Source of the DNA: Lama guanicoe
Lineage: Eukaryota
Length of the DNA: 64,000 bases
NCBI GenBank assembly: GCA_013239625.1
Contig: MU053934.1
Coordinates: 2,039,031-2,103,030, forward strand
Direction of reading: 5' to 3'
The position numbers and the translations under genes are program-made. Below are positions 38,221-52,395 of the stretch, piece after piece. How positions within the stretch are numbered: the first letter of the stretch is position 1; each line of letters opens with the position of its first letter. Under the pieces are notes generated by a model. It had not been told where the DNA came from. It saw nothing but the letters and a program-made list of their open reading frames with translations, and did no database searches.

Positions 38221-39253
38221 ACTTTAGGCATACAAACGGGTCTACCTCTATATGCACACATCGCACAGAATCTCCCCAGGACGGAACAGAAACCACCAAG
38301 GCTTCTATCAGACCAACATTTCAAAAGGAACTTTAGCGCTCTTCTAGTTCTAAAAAGCTCCTACATTAGTCAGTTCTTCCTGATGGCTAATTTGCAATAA
38401 CTTTCCTCAAAAGACTCATCCCCCATTACCTCTCCTCGGATTCTTGAACCCTGTATACAATGAAGATCTCTGTTCCTTCTCAACCCCTTCATTGCCTTTC
38501 GACCAGCTTATCAGTTGGGCCCCTTGGTAGCCCCCTTTCCACACTTCTACAGCTTTGAATTTTTCTTCACTCTTCTAATACTTCTCCTACATTCTAAGAT
38601 TAATTCGTTTTCCCATAAATATACCTCACAGCCTTCCGAAGCCTAAAGGCCACTGCTAGGAGTTGGCATTCTTTCTGCTCCCCTATTGCTGCTTTTCTAT
38701 CAATTCATTTCATTCCTTATTCAGCAAACACTTACTGGGGGACAATTATATACCACAAATTATAATATGCAGTTAAAAAGAGAAACCTAACAGCTGGTCC
38801 CTGTTTTAAGAAACTTGCAGCCTAGGACAAATGTTCAAAAGTAAACCTCTTGGCACAACATACAAGAGGGAAAGAAACTAGACGTAGGGGAGGCAATCTT
38901 CCAATGTTCAGCTATACATATCAAACTGATAGCTCTGGGTACCTCTGGGGGAGGAAGAGAAATTGGAGTCGGTGGTCAAAGTGGCCACTGGCTTGAGATG
39001 TTTGAGTTTTTCATTTTTTATTTGTAAGAATATATTTGTATATTAATTTATAATTCAAAATAGACATTAAAAAGGAGGCAATGTCCAATCAATCTTTTTA
39101 TTTCTAATGCCTATCTAGCACGGTACCTGGCACATAAATGGAGCTCCATAATGAAAGAATAAGTGGATGTACAGTGTTCCACAGAGCAGAGTGGAGGGAG
39201 AAACAATCACATTCTATTGCCTTTACTCAATGACTATTCTTTTAATGTTAATG

Positions 39254-39445
39254 CAGAGTTTCTTAACCTCAGCACTGCTGTCATTTTGGGCCAGATCATC
39301 CTTCATTGAAGGGGGCTGCCCTATTCATTTTCGGGTGTTAAAGCAGCATGCCTGGCTTCTACCCACTAGATGAAAATCAAAAATGTCTCCAGACATTACC
39401 AAAGGCCCCCTGGGGGGCAAAACCTCCCCTAGTTGAGAACCACTG
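39254..39445 (-). mobile_element. MER20 hAT element with 8-bp TSD
   Basis: cagagtttcttaacctcagcactgctgtcattttgggccaga...aaaatgtctccagacattaccaaa...gttgagaaccactg. TSD TGTTAATG (39246-39253) and AGTTAATG (39446-39453). Confidence 0.9.
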
Positions 39446-42400
39446 AGTTAATGCTTACACATCATTCTCTCCACTTCCTCAGTCACCATGACTTTCTCTC
39501 AACTTGCCCAATGATTTCAATGCTTAGTCCTCAATTGTTTCAACACTCAAGTCGACAATCTCCAAGTTTTCAACCTAATTATTTCCAGGGAACTTTACCT
39601 CCACCACAATCATCCATTTGATTACTATTCCTTAGGAATCACCACTACTTAAACTCTTCTAACATCAAGATCTGAAACTTGTATCACAAGCCCCCTATCC
39701 TTTGTCTTCCCCACCCCCTTCCTCTACCTGAGCCTGGTTGTCCCACTTTACTAATGCTCAGCCCAGGGTAATATGCATTTGGCTATACTTGTGGGCTTCT
39801 GAGTACTGTCTGATAAAGCTAGGAAACCACCAAGACCACCTCAATCCAAGCTAAGACTTACCAATTCTTTTATTCTACTTTTTGAAGAATCCTTATCACA
39901 CTGGAACAGCATCTACTTCTAAAATGTCTCTACCTCTTCAAGGTGTCAACCCACCCCTGCCTGCAGGCTACTAATCTTCTCTAACTGAAGGAAGACAGAG
40001 GTCCTTTGACATGAGCTCTGACTTGATGAGAACTTCCTTCTCATCACCTCATACACATTAAGTGTGCAATAAATGTGTGTGAAATTTAGGAAGGAAAAAC
40101 ATCATGGCTTTATATTAGCTCTATTTAAAAAGAGCAATTTTTATGAGAAAAAAAAAAGCTCTAAATTTCATTCTAATTCAAGATTTTTTTCTACAATACT
40201 AAGCCACCTTTAGGAACGTCAACGTGGCTCTCTACCACCAAGGCTACCACCACCAATCAATGACACTGCACGGCTGCTGCAAAGAGACCCTCCGCGTAAT
40301 CATTAAAGCACACTGCGGTTTTAGAATGGAGAAGCAACGTAAACTCCAGTGATAACTGCTCACATTGCAAATAAAAAGTGCTGCCCATAATTGTGAGTGA
40401 TTCTTAATTCCACAGTTCAGTGAGATACAGAGAAGTACCTTAACAGGACAACAAAGCACCAGTGGCAGGTCCACGTGCTAAAGACCCAGCACTTGGCTCT
40501 CTGTGGAAGACTGACAAAATTCTCTGAGAGTAAAAACTGCTCTGCAACAGAAGATAAGGGCTTTAAATAATTAATCAGCATAGGTAGTTGTACAATATCT
40601 TAGAATTAAATGTCCAATTTTCATCTAACCCTAATGTCTCCCACAAGTACAAGTTTACTGTCAGAAGAAATAGGCAGCATGTATGTTCCACTCAGAGAAT
40701 GTCAAGGTCCCCGCTAAGCCTAAGGCATAACACTTTCCACCAGCTTTTGTCTCCTGAGGCAATTGTGGAATAAGAAGCCTGGCAAAAGCTTTGGCAAAAT
40801 AGAGCCAATCATTTCTCAAGACGTGTTCTAAACTTTTTTCTTGACCTTCAGCTTATGGTAGCTTAGACAAGTATCTTAAAAGCATTTCTAGTCAGCCATT
40901 TTTGGTAACTTGCGAGCAAAATTATTTTTAGCTGAAAAAGTTTATTTCAATCCCTCTCTCATAACTCAGAAGCATCTGACCAGGTTTGGTTCAAGCTTTC
41001 CAGAATAATTTGTCTTTGAGTGGATTCAAAGCATAGGACATTTCAGCTTCAAAGGAGAAACTTTCTCCTTAAGAGGCATGAACAACCAAAATGTGCTAAT
41101 ATACAAGATATGTGAAAAACTATCACTTGACTACCTGCCACCTACCCTGCATACTGTGGAGATTAAGCACTTAAACATTCATAAAATGTTCTGAAAGCCT
41201 CTGATGGACAAAACATTTTGTTACAGCATTCCATGCTATGAAGAGCAAAATGCATGCCTGCGTGGTAGAAAGTGCTTCACATAAATTTAAATATAATGAA
41301 ATGGAACATAAGGTTCAAGTTGTTTCCCTGCAGCACTCAAACTGTGATTCCAAATTGAGAGAAAGCTTCTTCTAGGATGAAGACAGCTGAAAAAAAAAAA
41401 AGTAATTCTGCTAGAAGGCACATCTACATATACACAGCATAATCAAATACAGGTTTTCTTTGTTCTCTCTTACTCTTTTTCTTTTTCCTTTTGGATGAAC
41501 AAAGATAGTGTCACTACTCCCCCTACCACTATGGGGTTCTGCTGCTAGAGTGGTGGGATAATTCAATCACCAGACAGCTTCACCAACAATGGTGCAGGGC
41601 TGTCAATGGATGAACGAACTACCAGGGACACTTTGGGACAATCCCTGCCCTCCTGCCCTCCGTTCCAACCCCATAGACCCACTGCAGTCCCTCTCATACC
41701 TTACCCTTTCTTGTACATTCTGCTTCTTCTGCCCGGAATGGCCTGCGCCTCCCTCTCCTCTGCCTCCTAAGCCCTGCTCATGCACTCAGTACTCACTAAT
41801 GGCTCCCGCAGAATGCTCTCCCTGTGCCCACCCCACCTCGGCTGGATAAGAATCCCTCTATTATGCTGCCATAGAAACCCTGTACTCATTCCCATCAGGG
41901 TACAGAAGCTTCTTTATTTACCATCAGGTTAGGTCTGGAATGAAAAGCTGCTTCTAAGTCCCTTAGTTCATAAAATTCCAAATGAAAAAGTCCAAGGAAC
42001 CCATGGGTGCAGATCTAGTGAGGGAACCTTTCTTAAGAAAACTACAGAGGCTTACAGTGGTGGTTCTGGCTTGTTTTGTTTCTTCTCAACTCACTTTATG
42101 ATTTGCACTTGACCCTTTATATCATCTGTTGTTGAATGAATCATCCCACACACATATTCAACATGTATCATTTCCTAACACCATCTCCATTTTTATTCAT
42201 CTCTACACTTAACCACCGCTTCATGTCAGCATTTTTGTTATAATCAAAGGTTTTATCATTACTGAATAAGACAGTTAATAATAAATATAAGACATAGTTA
42301 ATAATAAATATAAGCATTGGAAACATCCTATATACCAATAAACAGTGTGACAGACAAAATTAAAATGACCATGTGCCACCATCAGTACTATTTTTTCTTT

Positions 42401-42519
42401 GCTTGTGGCAGCAGAATTGGCACACTTTTGCTCTAACACATAACTTAACTCATTTTTCTATGAAAATTAGCAAGTTCAAGGATCAAAAGTAAAATAGCTA
42501 CTGTATATATTCCTACATG

Positions 42520-43160
42520 ATTTTAGTTAATGATTTAATTTTTAAAACAATACATGCATGTAATATAAAATTCAAAAGGCATAAAAGGTACACAATGAAA
42601 ATTAACCTCACCCTATATCCCTATTTCTCTGTCACTCAATCCCTACCCAAGAGGCAACTGATGTTACCAGAATCTTGCATTTCCTGGCAAAGAGTCTATG
42701 TGTACGTGGATATATACTTTCTGTCATTACACAAATAGTAATAAACTATACACTTTTCAGAACCTTGACTTTTTAACACCTGATGTATTTTAGTATTTTC
42801 TAAGTGTGTTCATATAGAGCTGTCCAGTTCTTTTTAATGGCTGCATGATATTCCATTTTATGACTATACCTTGCATTAGTTCACAGATGTCTTGTCAAAG
42901 AGCATTTTGATTTTTTCAACATTTTTCTATTTCAAATAATGCTATGATGTATATTCTTACACACAGATGCAAGAGTAACTGTAGGATAAATTCCCTGAGA
43001 TGGAACTGCTGGGTCAGAGAATATACGCATTTTATATTTTAATAGATATTCCTAAGTAGCTCTTCATGGAGGTTATGAGACTTTTCACTCCACCAGCAAC
43101 ATGAGCACCTACTTCTCTACCTACACCCTTATCAATACAAAAATTTGTTATCAAATTTTT
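42520..43160 (-). mobile_element. Old L1 (L1ME-like) 3' fragment
   Basis: ttctttttaatggctgcatgatattccatttta..., ctgtaggataaattccctgagatggaactgctgggtcag, ttcactccaccagcaacatgag. Confidence 0.75.
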
Positions 43161-43824
43161 ATTCTTATGTATAGTTGTTCCAGAAACCTCCCCCAATAAG
43201 CCTCACAGGTTCCTTTAACTCCATAATCCTGGGGTCTAGCATCTCATAAGCATTCAAATGTTGCTGAATGAATAAATGACTGAGCAAAAGGGTAAGGGCT
43301 TTTGCACAACAGGAGACGTGTACTTTTAACACATAAAACAACAAAAATGATTTAAATATTGGCAGTTTTTCCCTTTCAGAGAGGGAGGGAGAGAGGGAAG
43401 AAAGGATGGATGGATGAATGTTGATCTAAAATGGTCTCTCCTAGAAGTTTTTAAAAAGCAGGAAAGATTCCTGTCTGAAATAGTTAAGTATTGTCCTACC
43501 TTAAAGGTATATAGCCTAACTTCAAAATGTCAAGAAAGCTGAACGGCATCCAAAGCTAACAGCAAGACCTTCTCTGAAACTGCCAAGGGATGCCAAAACC
43601 TCTCACATCAATATTCTTTTTACACAATCTTCCAAATAATTGACTCTCATTATGTATTGTACACAATCTCGTAGTCGGTTAACAGTTCATTCATTTACTT
43701 CTGTGCAGCATCCGGCATAGGTAATGCTAAAAATCTCTCAGTGAATACCCCTGCGTGACCACTGGTCATGTGTTTGCCGCGGTCTCTGTGCCCCTGCTTA
43801 GTGCTGTAACAACCACCCTGACAA

Positions 43825-44075
43825 CAGACAACACTTACACAGTGCTTACCATAGGCCAGGCACTATTCCAAGTGTATTATATTTACAGTATTAACTCATT
43901 TAATACTCACAACAACCTTGTGAGGTAGAAACTATTATTTTCCCCATTTTACAAATGAAAAACTGAAGCACAGAGGATATAAGTGACTTGCCCAAAGGAC
44001 ATAGCTGAGTAGGTACAGAGAGAATTTGAATCCAGGCAGTCTGATACCAGAATGGCTCCTCTTACCCCAATATTT
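43825..44075 (-). mobile_element. Near full-length MIR SINE
   Basis: gtgcttaccataggccaggcactattccaagtg...aactcatttaatactcacaacaaccttgtgaggtag...ccccattttacaaatgaaaaactgaagcacagag...gacttgcccaaaggacatagct. Confidence 0.9.
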
Positions 44076-47000
44076 TAATAACAGTGTGACAACTGTTCTG
44101 ATAGAGATGTACACAGAGCACAAGGCTTTGACATTTGCTCATTGTAAACCTATCAGAGAAATTACCACACTGTTTTAAAATTATCTGTGTATACATCCAC
44201 GTCCCCACTGCAAACTCAAGTCTTAGTCGTCATTGTGCCTAGCATTACCTCACTAAATAAATCTTCAACCGGGTTAAGGTAAGGAGGTGGAATAATAAAA
44301 TATCATTTCTGTTCCTCAGGTTTGCACTTTGTATTTTCAGTGCTGGTGCTTCTTCCACCCCTGTGTGCCTCCATTTCCTAATACCCATCTCTTCCAAGGC
44401 AAGAGGTGCTTCTCAAATTGTGCTGCTTCCCTAGAGATGCTGGCCAGACCTCTCAAACTGCCTTGGGTATGTTCTTGGAGTCCTGAAACACTACAGAGAC
44501 CCACACCAGCATTCCTGTTGGGTAGGGCACTGGCAGTACAGCTCTCACCCTCCAGCAGTCACCTGGATCGGTGGCTCTTATCAGGAACATGGAGTAACTT
44601 GAGCCACCTCCCAACCCATCTCTCGACTGCTACGACAGGCGCTTTCTGCTATCAGGTTGCACAAATGCTGGAAACCTTACACCAGGCATGAAGGAAGAAG
44701 CAATAAAGGAATCAACACAGCATCTGGTGCCCTGCCAGCTTCCACCCACTGCTTGGGGCCACAGAGACCGAGTAGGCCTAATTCACTCACTGCAAAGCCT
44801 TAGGACCATAAGGACTGTATGGTGAGATTAGCATCACCAATCTGATAGAGGTCAGCATTCATCTAGAGAGCAAGACACATCTCCACTAGCCTCATTCTCT
44901 GAACAGTGGGAATGCTACGTCCTCTAGAATATTCTCGTTGAGACAAGGGTCCATTACAGAAGCCCGCTCTGAAAAACACTGTTTTAGTTCACATATTTAA
45001 ACGCAAAGTTTGTAAAGGTTAACTGAACCAGAATCAAAGCCAAAGCTTGAAATCCTTAATTCAACGTCTGAATCAGAATCCACTAGTGTCCAGTAACAAA
45101 AGAAAAACATTCCCCGTTTGTTGAATCACAACTATCTACCTCCCATCAAGTCTCAGGCACAGAGTGGCCATATTCCAGGGCTGAAGAGCATTCACTCAAT
45201 CCTAGGCTTCCCACAAATATAGAAGTGAAGTAAAACTAACAGCAATTATGGCTGCTGAGATGCAAACACCTGTTAGGAACTAAACCTTTCTTCCTCACAA
45301 TTCAACACCAAAGTTGGTTCACTGAACAGCCTCCTCACAATAATAGTATTTAATCAGGATAAACCTGGGCATTTTGAGTATGTCTGGTATTGAAGACGCT
45401 ATACTGAATAAAATCACACTGCAGTTAGATTCTACGTGCAGTGACTCAAGGCAGATCCTGAGTACTAACTCAATGACTCAATGACAAATGGAATATCTGA
45501 CCCAATATGGGTCCTACTACTATCAAAAGACAGGACCAGGAGCAGCTGACTAGGGCAGGTAGAGAGCTGAGGATGCCTACCTTTTACTTAAGCATCTTTA
45601 AAAGGTATCATCAGTCAGGGATTTATAGGTATTCACATGAAAGAAGAGAAATATAGATCAGGTCTCTAATCCTGTGATTCCATAAAAACAAAGACTCATA
45701 AGTTTCTGTACTAATCAGAGTCATCCTTACCAGAGACATTTAGATGTAATTATCTCAGTAGACCAGAATTATATTAATTCCAGAAATCTAACAAATAAAG
45801 GGGAAAAAAAACTACAAGCTGATATAATACGATTTCCAAATATTACAGAAAAAAGCAAAGTATAGAAAAGTATGAATATTAATACTATCATTTGGGTTTT
45901 TTAAAGGGGGTTGAAAAAATATGTAAGTACTATCTCCCGATGGATATCCAAATAACTAACCATCCTGGAGGAGAGAAATTAAGTAGCTGGGAAAACGCAC
46001 AATTTTTTTACTCTTCAAACTTTTGCATAGTTTGAATCATTTACCATGTGAATATATTATATGTTTTAAAAATTAAAGTAAACAGTGAAAAAAAACTCAA
46101 TATTAGAAACCCTCAGAGAAATCACACCCAAAACGTAAAAAAGACTAAGAAATGAAAGAGCCTACTTAGTATTAAAGCTGAAAGTTTGAGCTTACTGCTT
46201 GCTCTCACATAATCTCTCTGAGCCTGAAATAACTTGGTCCAGATAACTTCTAGATGCCTTCAGCTCTCATGAGTTCATACCACCCACCATTACCAATCCA
46301 CTAATTTACCATTTGTTGATCCATTACTTGATCAATAACAAAATTAGAGACAGATAACTTTAAGGCAAAAAACAACAATAACAAACTAGCATACATACAG
46401 CAACCAAGTATCCCATTTAACTTCCCACGAACATAACTAAGGAAAGTGAGATAAACACATTAAGTCTCTAATACAATGCTTGGCACATACAAGTACACAA
46501 TAAATTTTAGCAAAATCCCAATTCCAAATACTGGCCAGACCTAAATTATTGAAGAAAGAAACTGGAGTTCAGTATTGAGTTCAAGTTCTACATGAATCCA
46601 CTGTCAGGTAATGGGTAAAATATTTTCAGTACTGAACACGTGGCATGCGAAGACAAGGAAGGACATATTCACTTTATTCCTTACCAATCATACTCTTCGG
46701 CCCGAGGGCCATGAAGCCCAAAGAAAAAGTCACTAGATAAAAAGCCCTAAGACCTGGGTACAAGCATCAGTTTTATCACTTCCTCATCATGAGGCTTAGA
46801 GACGTATATTTTCACCACCTGAAGAATGGGAAGAAGAATCACCTATCTTTTGCTGTAGGGAATAAGTAAGGACTTGTACCAAAGCACTTCATAGGCTATA
46901 AAACATAATATATATTTAATTATTAAGTATTACGTACAGTTTTAGTCACCACGCTTTCAATCCAGACATGGTGATTACACAAAAGGCAACAAAAATTATT

Positions 47001-47184
47001 AGGGAGATTTTTAAAATAGATTGTATAAAGGTTGATTTATTTTTTCAGTAAACATTTACTGAATTATTTTTATAATATATCCATGGCACTGATGGAAGAG
47101 CCATGGATACAAAGATTAAGAGACTGTTCCTGCCTTTAAGAAAGTCAAAAAGCATTGGGGTACAAGAAAACAGGGCTTGGTAAT

Positions 47185-47420
47185 TACAATAACAACAGCT
47201 ATTGTATACTGAACACCTACTGTGTGTAAGGCTCTGAACTAAACACATCACATACATTCCCTCTCTTAATTCTTACATCAACTGTGTAGCATATTTTATA
47301 AGGGAAGAAGCTGAGGCTTAGAAAAGTTAAATAACTTAATCAAGATCACATAGCGATGATGTGGAAAAGCTAGGGCTCCAACTCAGGTCTGCTGTCTGCA
47401 AGTCCATTCTGCTTTTTATA
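47185..47420 (-). mobile_element. MIR SINE
   Basis: aataacaacagctattgtatactgaacacctactgtgtgt...gctgaggcttagaaaagttaaataacttaatcaagatcacatagc. Confidence 0.75.
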
Positions 47421-50400
47421 GTCTTGGAGTGGGAAAAATTATTCTAAGTATGACACACACACAAAACAGAAATCATTAATGAAAACATTAACAGATCCTG
47501 TCACATTAAAAAAAATTAATCTCTGATACAGTAAATGAAAAAGGCAAAGGTACAAAAGAATGTGTAGAAAGGAGGAAGACTAACACAAGAAACTAACAAG
47601 GCAGATGGGCACCAGGGATGAGAAGAAGACGCTTCACTAAATATGCTTTTATAAATTTAGAGTCACAACATCTGGTCATGAAAAGTAATATGGGATAGTT
47701 CAAATTTTGTTTAAGTCTATTCTGAAGTTATTTGACTTCTGTGTGTGTGTGGCAGAATGAAACCTATTATCATTTTTCAAAGAGCAATCAATGGAAAACA
47801 GCATGGAGTAACATGAATTAGATAATTCCCTTGCTTAAAACAGGATGCTGGGCCAATCAAATTTTTTAGGTTTCTTCAAATTTTGGGATACTGTTGAACT
47901 AAATAAGTATTTACTATGTGCTAAAATTAACACTGTAGAAAACAATCCCTAGTGAAGCCAAAATTCAGTAAGGGTAAATGATCCCTACACCAAGCTCAAG
48001 AAAACCAAATATGAAGGCCTCCCAGGATTAAAAAGCAAAGCCTACAGGGGAACACTTACACCAAACTACTCCTGGAGACAGAAGTGCAAAGTAAGCATAA
48101 AGGAAAACTGCACATATACACGGATACACAGGTACCATTTATCACAGCATTTTTTATATAGCTGACAAAAATCACTACTGGTCCATGATAAGCACCTCTC
48201 TGAAAGGCTTCTGCTCTGTGGACACAACATGCCGAAGTTAACCAATTGATCTCCAGCACTGTAAAACACTGCCAGCTCAAAGCCAAAATGTTGCAGCAAA
48301 AAGATCTATTTAGTATCACAAAAGCAGCTAAAGACCCTAAAGCACAAAGTAGGGGGACAAAAGATGGGTCACTAATGCATAATGAGCAGCAGCTGGGGTG
48401 GGGGAGGAGGCCACCAACAGAAATATCAACGTCTAAGCCCCGACACAGACTCTAAATATGACCAGCATTGCTTCAAAGTCCAGGATGTTACCAAGCTTAG
48501 CCAAATGAGCTTACTAAATGTCACCAGTCAGACTATGGCTTCAAGTATGAATACAACATACAAAATACGCAGTAAAATTTGTATGTGAGGATAGCAAACA
48601 CAGACAAGTAGGAAATGGACCACATAAGTGATCGCTGTAGAGCATTACTCTTTAAACAAGGCTGAATTTGCCTCTCTCGCAGAGATGTGCAGCTTAAGAC
48701 CAGAGTCATACTTTGAAAACAAGCACTACCAACTCTGTAAGCTTTGCCAAAGCTCCCACTGTGAGAGGTGGCCATTGTGGAGACTTCCTGAAGTTCCAAC
48801 AAAGTCCTCAAGCCCATCGTGCCAGCCGCTGACAGTGACAGCGTTCCTGGAAGTCTGTATGAGGTGCAAACCAATGAGTTCAGCTTTGTGGGTGCTGGGA
48901 GCCACCACAAAACATCTTCCAATTTTGCCAGTTCTTGCTCTCAAATCACACCATCCTACTACTCTATCCTTGAGAAACTAAGAAATGCCAGGTGAAAGCT
49001 GTCAAAGCCCCATATTCAGACTGATTAGAGGACAAGCCAGTCTGAGCGGATAAACGACCTCATTTACAGATTCTTTTGAAAAGAATGGGGGGTGGGGGAG
49101 GGCTGAGCAAGAAAGGAGGGGAGGGAGCTAAACAATTCCTGTCTCCTACCCAAAATTATTACCCAGCTTCCTCAGAATTTTTATGGAACACTGAACTGTA
49201 GAAAGGGTTGGGGGGAAGGAAAAGAAAACTTACGGCTGTAAATGTGACTGTATAAAAATCCCCAAGAGAGGATGACCTATGAAACTAAGCTCCACGCAAC
49301 AACAGCTAACTATGCAGCTGCTTTTCTGCTTGCCGAACAGTCCAAGATAAATAGAGCAGGCTCAGAGAAGCCCACCAACTTCCAGGAAAATGGAACCAAA
49401 GTCCTCTTGACTCATGACATGTCACATATCCCTGAAATAAATCTCTAAATGAAATGCATACAGGTCTGCTCTGGAAATCATCTTGGCTGACAGTAATGAA
49501 CGCCCCCCTCCTCTAAGCAGCTGCCAATTTGCTGAGGAAAAAGCTGCTCAAAATAAAGCAATTGGAAGAACTTCCTGTGAGCCTCTGTTCCAAGTGTTCC
49601 AACTAAGCGTCCACATTCAAACCCTACAGCTTCCCTAAACCATATCAGCAGTTCCTCTGGTTCTCCTAGCATAGCTCCTGCCCCTACCTCAAACCCCAGA
49701 GCCGAGAGGGTCCCGCAGCTGCCCCTCCCCACCCCTCAAAATAAATCATGCTTTGTTTGTGTTATTTACAATTAGAATCCAATAAAAAGCGATGCAACCA
49801 AAAAGAAAAATAAACAGTATGCCTCCTCAGTAACCACATGCCAGGAACAAAATATCCAAAACTCAGTGCAAAATCTCTTTTCCTCGGCAAAAGTGAAACC
49901 AAGGAACCTATTTTTCTACATGGGAAAAAAATCCCACATACCAGGGTATTATCTGGGGACTTAAAAAACCTGAGTATTATGGTTGAACACACCCATGTGG
50001 AAATCTAAACTTCAAAGGCTGTTTCTACCCTTGGGAAAATAGGTTTTTATGTAGTTACTCAACCATTATCATTTGGCAATTCAAAATTGTCATCTATTTC
50101 ACAAGTGGTATTTATCATGTATGCTGTGCCTTGAATCCTCAGCTGAAGTTTCTAGATGCCACGTATGTGCAGAACACGTCAGAAGGAAGTGATATAACGG
50201 GTTGCTCTCTCTCTCCCATTCCCTTTTTTAGAACCTACTTTATTCATTTAGAATCCAAAAAGCCAGAGGCACTATAAAGTATGCCCATTTGCCTTTAAAG
50301 AGGCCCCAACTAAACCGGCAAGGAGGTCTGGAAGTTGGAGAACGGACAAGGATTATACAGGAGCACAAAATCAAAAGCTGAAAGGAAAGGAGGCAGGGAT

Positions 50401-52169
50401 AACAAGGGCCAGAGAGAAGATTCCTATAAAATACTTCCATAAATCTGTCTCCAAAGTTGAGATCTAAAAAAACTGTACCAAGCTTCCTCATTCAGTCATA
50501 TCCAATTGAATGATCTGAAAAATAGCATGTTTTCTGCGAGGTGTCTCAGTTGAGTATTTCTCCTGCACCCACAAAAACAAGCTATAATAGCTTATGAAAT
50601 CCACTGGTTGAGAAGGGAAAGGTTAAGGTCCATAGTTTATCAAAAGGGCTTAGTCCCAAATGGTGGTAATATATATGAACTGCCACACTCCAGAATCTCT
50701 CAGCAGCACTGTAAAAGGTAGATCAACAGAATGCTCCAGTGAACTGGAACGGGTTAGCTCTAATTGCCCCTTACTTGTGTGGTTCCTCTAGTTTCCTCAG
50801 CCACACCATCACAAAGGCGCTTTTTACACACACGTGCTCTCAATTAATATCTGAGCACAGGAAACGAAACAACAGGTTGCCATGCCCACCCAACACATTC
50901 AGCAGCTAAATTCCACCTCAGCTTCTGTTTTCAAAGACCTCTCTCTCACCTTTAACCTTGATATCAATGGAAAGATCGGGTACCATTCACAAATCCCACA
51001 ACATCCAGTCTTCACAGGAGCTGGAAAGCAGACCAATGGCCAGACCCCCCTAGGGAAAATCTGGAAAAACAATTAAAGCCATCCGCAGGCTCCAACTGAG
51101 GAGCAGGAAGACAAAGTTCACTTCAACAAGAGTGAGTTTCTTGACTACTCAGTCCCCAGCACAGTGCTCCATCCTATGGACCCCAAAGGAAGGTTCCCTT
51201 GATCTCACAGGCTGGGTGGGAGTAGAGGGACAGACATCTGAGCAATGTTAATCTAAAAAGTCTGAAAACAGAGCTCTGGACATGGTATTTTGGAAAGCAG
51301 CGGGAATATGGGAGGGATGGGAGGAGACACAAAAGGCATCCAGAAGGAATCAGTATCCCAACTGATTCTTGAAGACTGAGCCTTTCAAATGAGAGATGTG
51401 GGGTGGGAATTTCAGGTAGAAGGGGCAGAAACAAAGCACAGAGCTCTTAATGAGCCTAGGTGGCACAGTGCTCAGGAAACCACAAGTCCCTTACTATGGA
51501 CTTGAGGTGGAGTGCAGACAGAGATGAGGCTAGAAAGGCAGGCCAGAAGCACCTGGTAGGCCAAACCAGAGGATGGACTTTATCCAGAAGTCAAAGACAA
51601 GCTATTAAATGATTTTTGCTCTTTTAGATGGGTGACTTTGTCAGAACAGTCAGAAAGACAGGTTTGGAGAGACTAGAAAGAAACCACGAGACAAAGGCAC
51701 CCCAGCTCAATTTTGGCAAACTAAAATGAGAACAAAAAGTGCCATCTATTTGATGCAATACATTTAACCAACAAGCCTTATAAAATTTGGAACACAAACA
51801 TTTTCACAGCTCCTGCATCCATGTAGCACCAAAACAGCCAGCACAGCTGTCACCGCACTCCCAATCCCACAGGTTCCATGTAACGTCCCCATGCCTGATG
51901 CAGGGGCTGTGATACTTCAGTAGTCCTTTTAGTCCTTAGCAAAGTGAATGTCTCCTCTTCCTCTAACTGGAGACACCACCATGACTAGGTCCATTCGCCT
52001 CCTTCACCCGGATGTCAAATTAGATTTCCTGGCTTAACACACTGCTCATCACTGGTAGTTTCCAACTCTGGCACTTAGTCAATCAGAAGCCCATCAACAA
52101 CCCCATGCTGATCACGTGGTAAGCAGGAACTCACTGAGTGCAGTATAGCAGGTTATAAGGGAGGCAAGA

Positions 52170-52395
52170 AATAACCATTTACTGCTGGGTTCCATGATGG
52201 GCACTCTAAAGAATCTCAGTTACTCATTATAGAAGCTCACTGGAGTAGGCGGTAATCCTCCCAGTTCACAGATGGGTAAACAGGAACTCAGATGTTAAAT
52301 ATACTGCCAAAAGTCATTCAATTGGTTGGTAAGTGGAGGAGCCAGGATTTCAACACCAATATGAGAAATTCTAAATAGTGTTTCTTCCACTATAC
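52170..52395 (-). mobile_element. MIR SINE
   Basis: cccagttcacagatgggtaaacaggaactcagatgttaaat...gtaagtggaggagccaggatttcaac. Confidence 0.65.

Noticed and set aside
43756..43768. TGACCACTGGTCA palindrome as an estrogen response element
   Set aside because: The half-sites are everted relative to the ERE GGTCAnnnTGACC.
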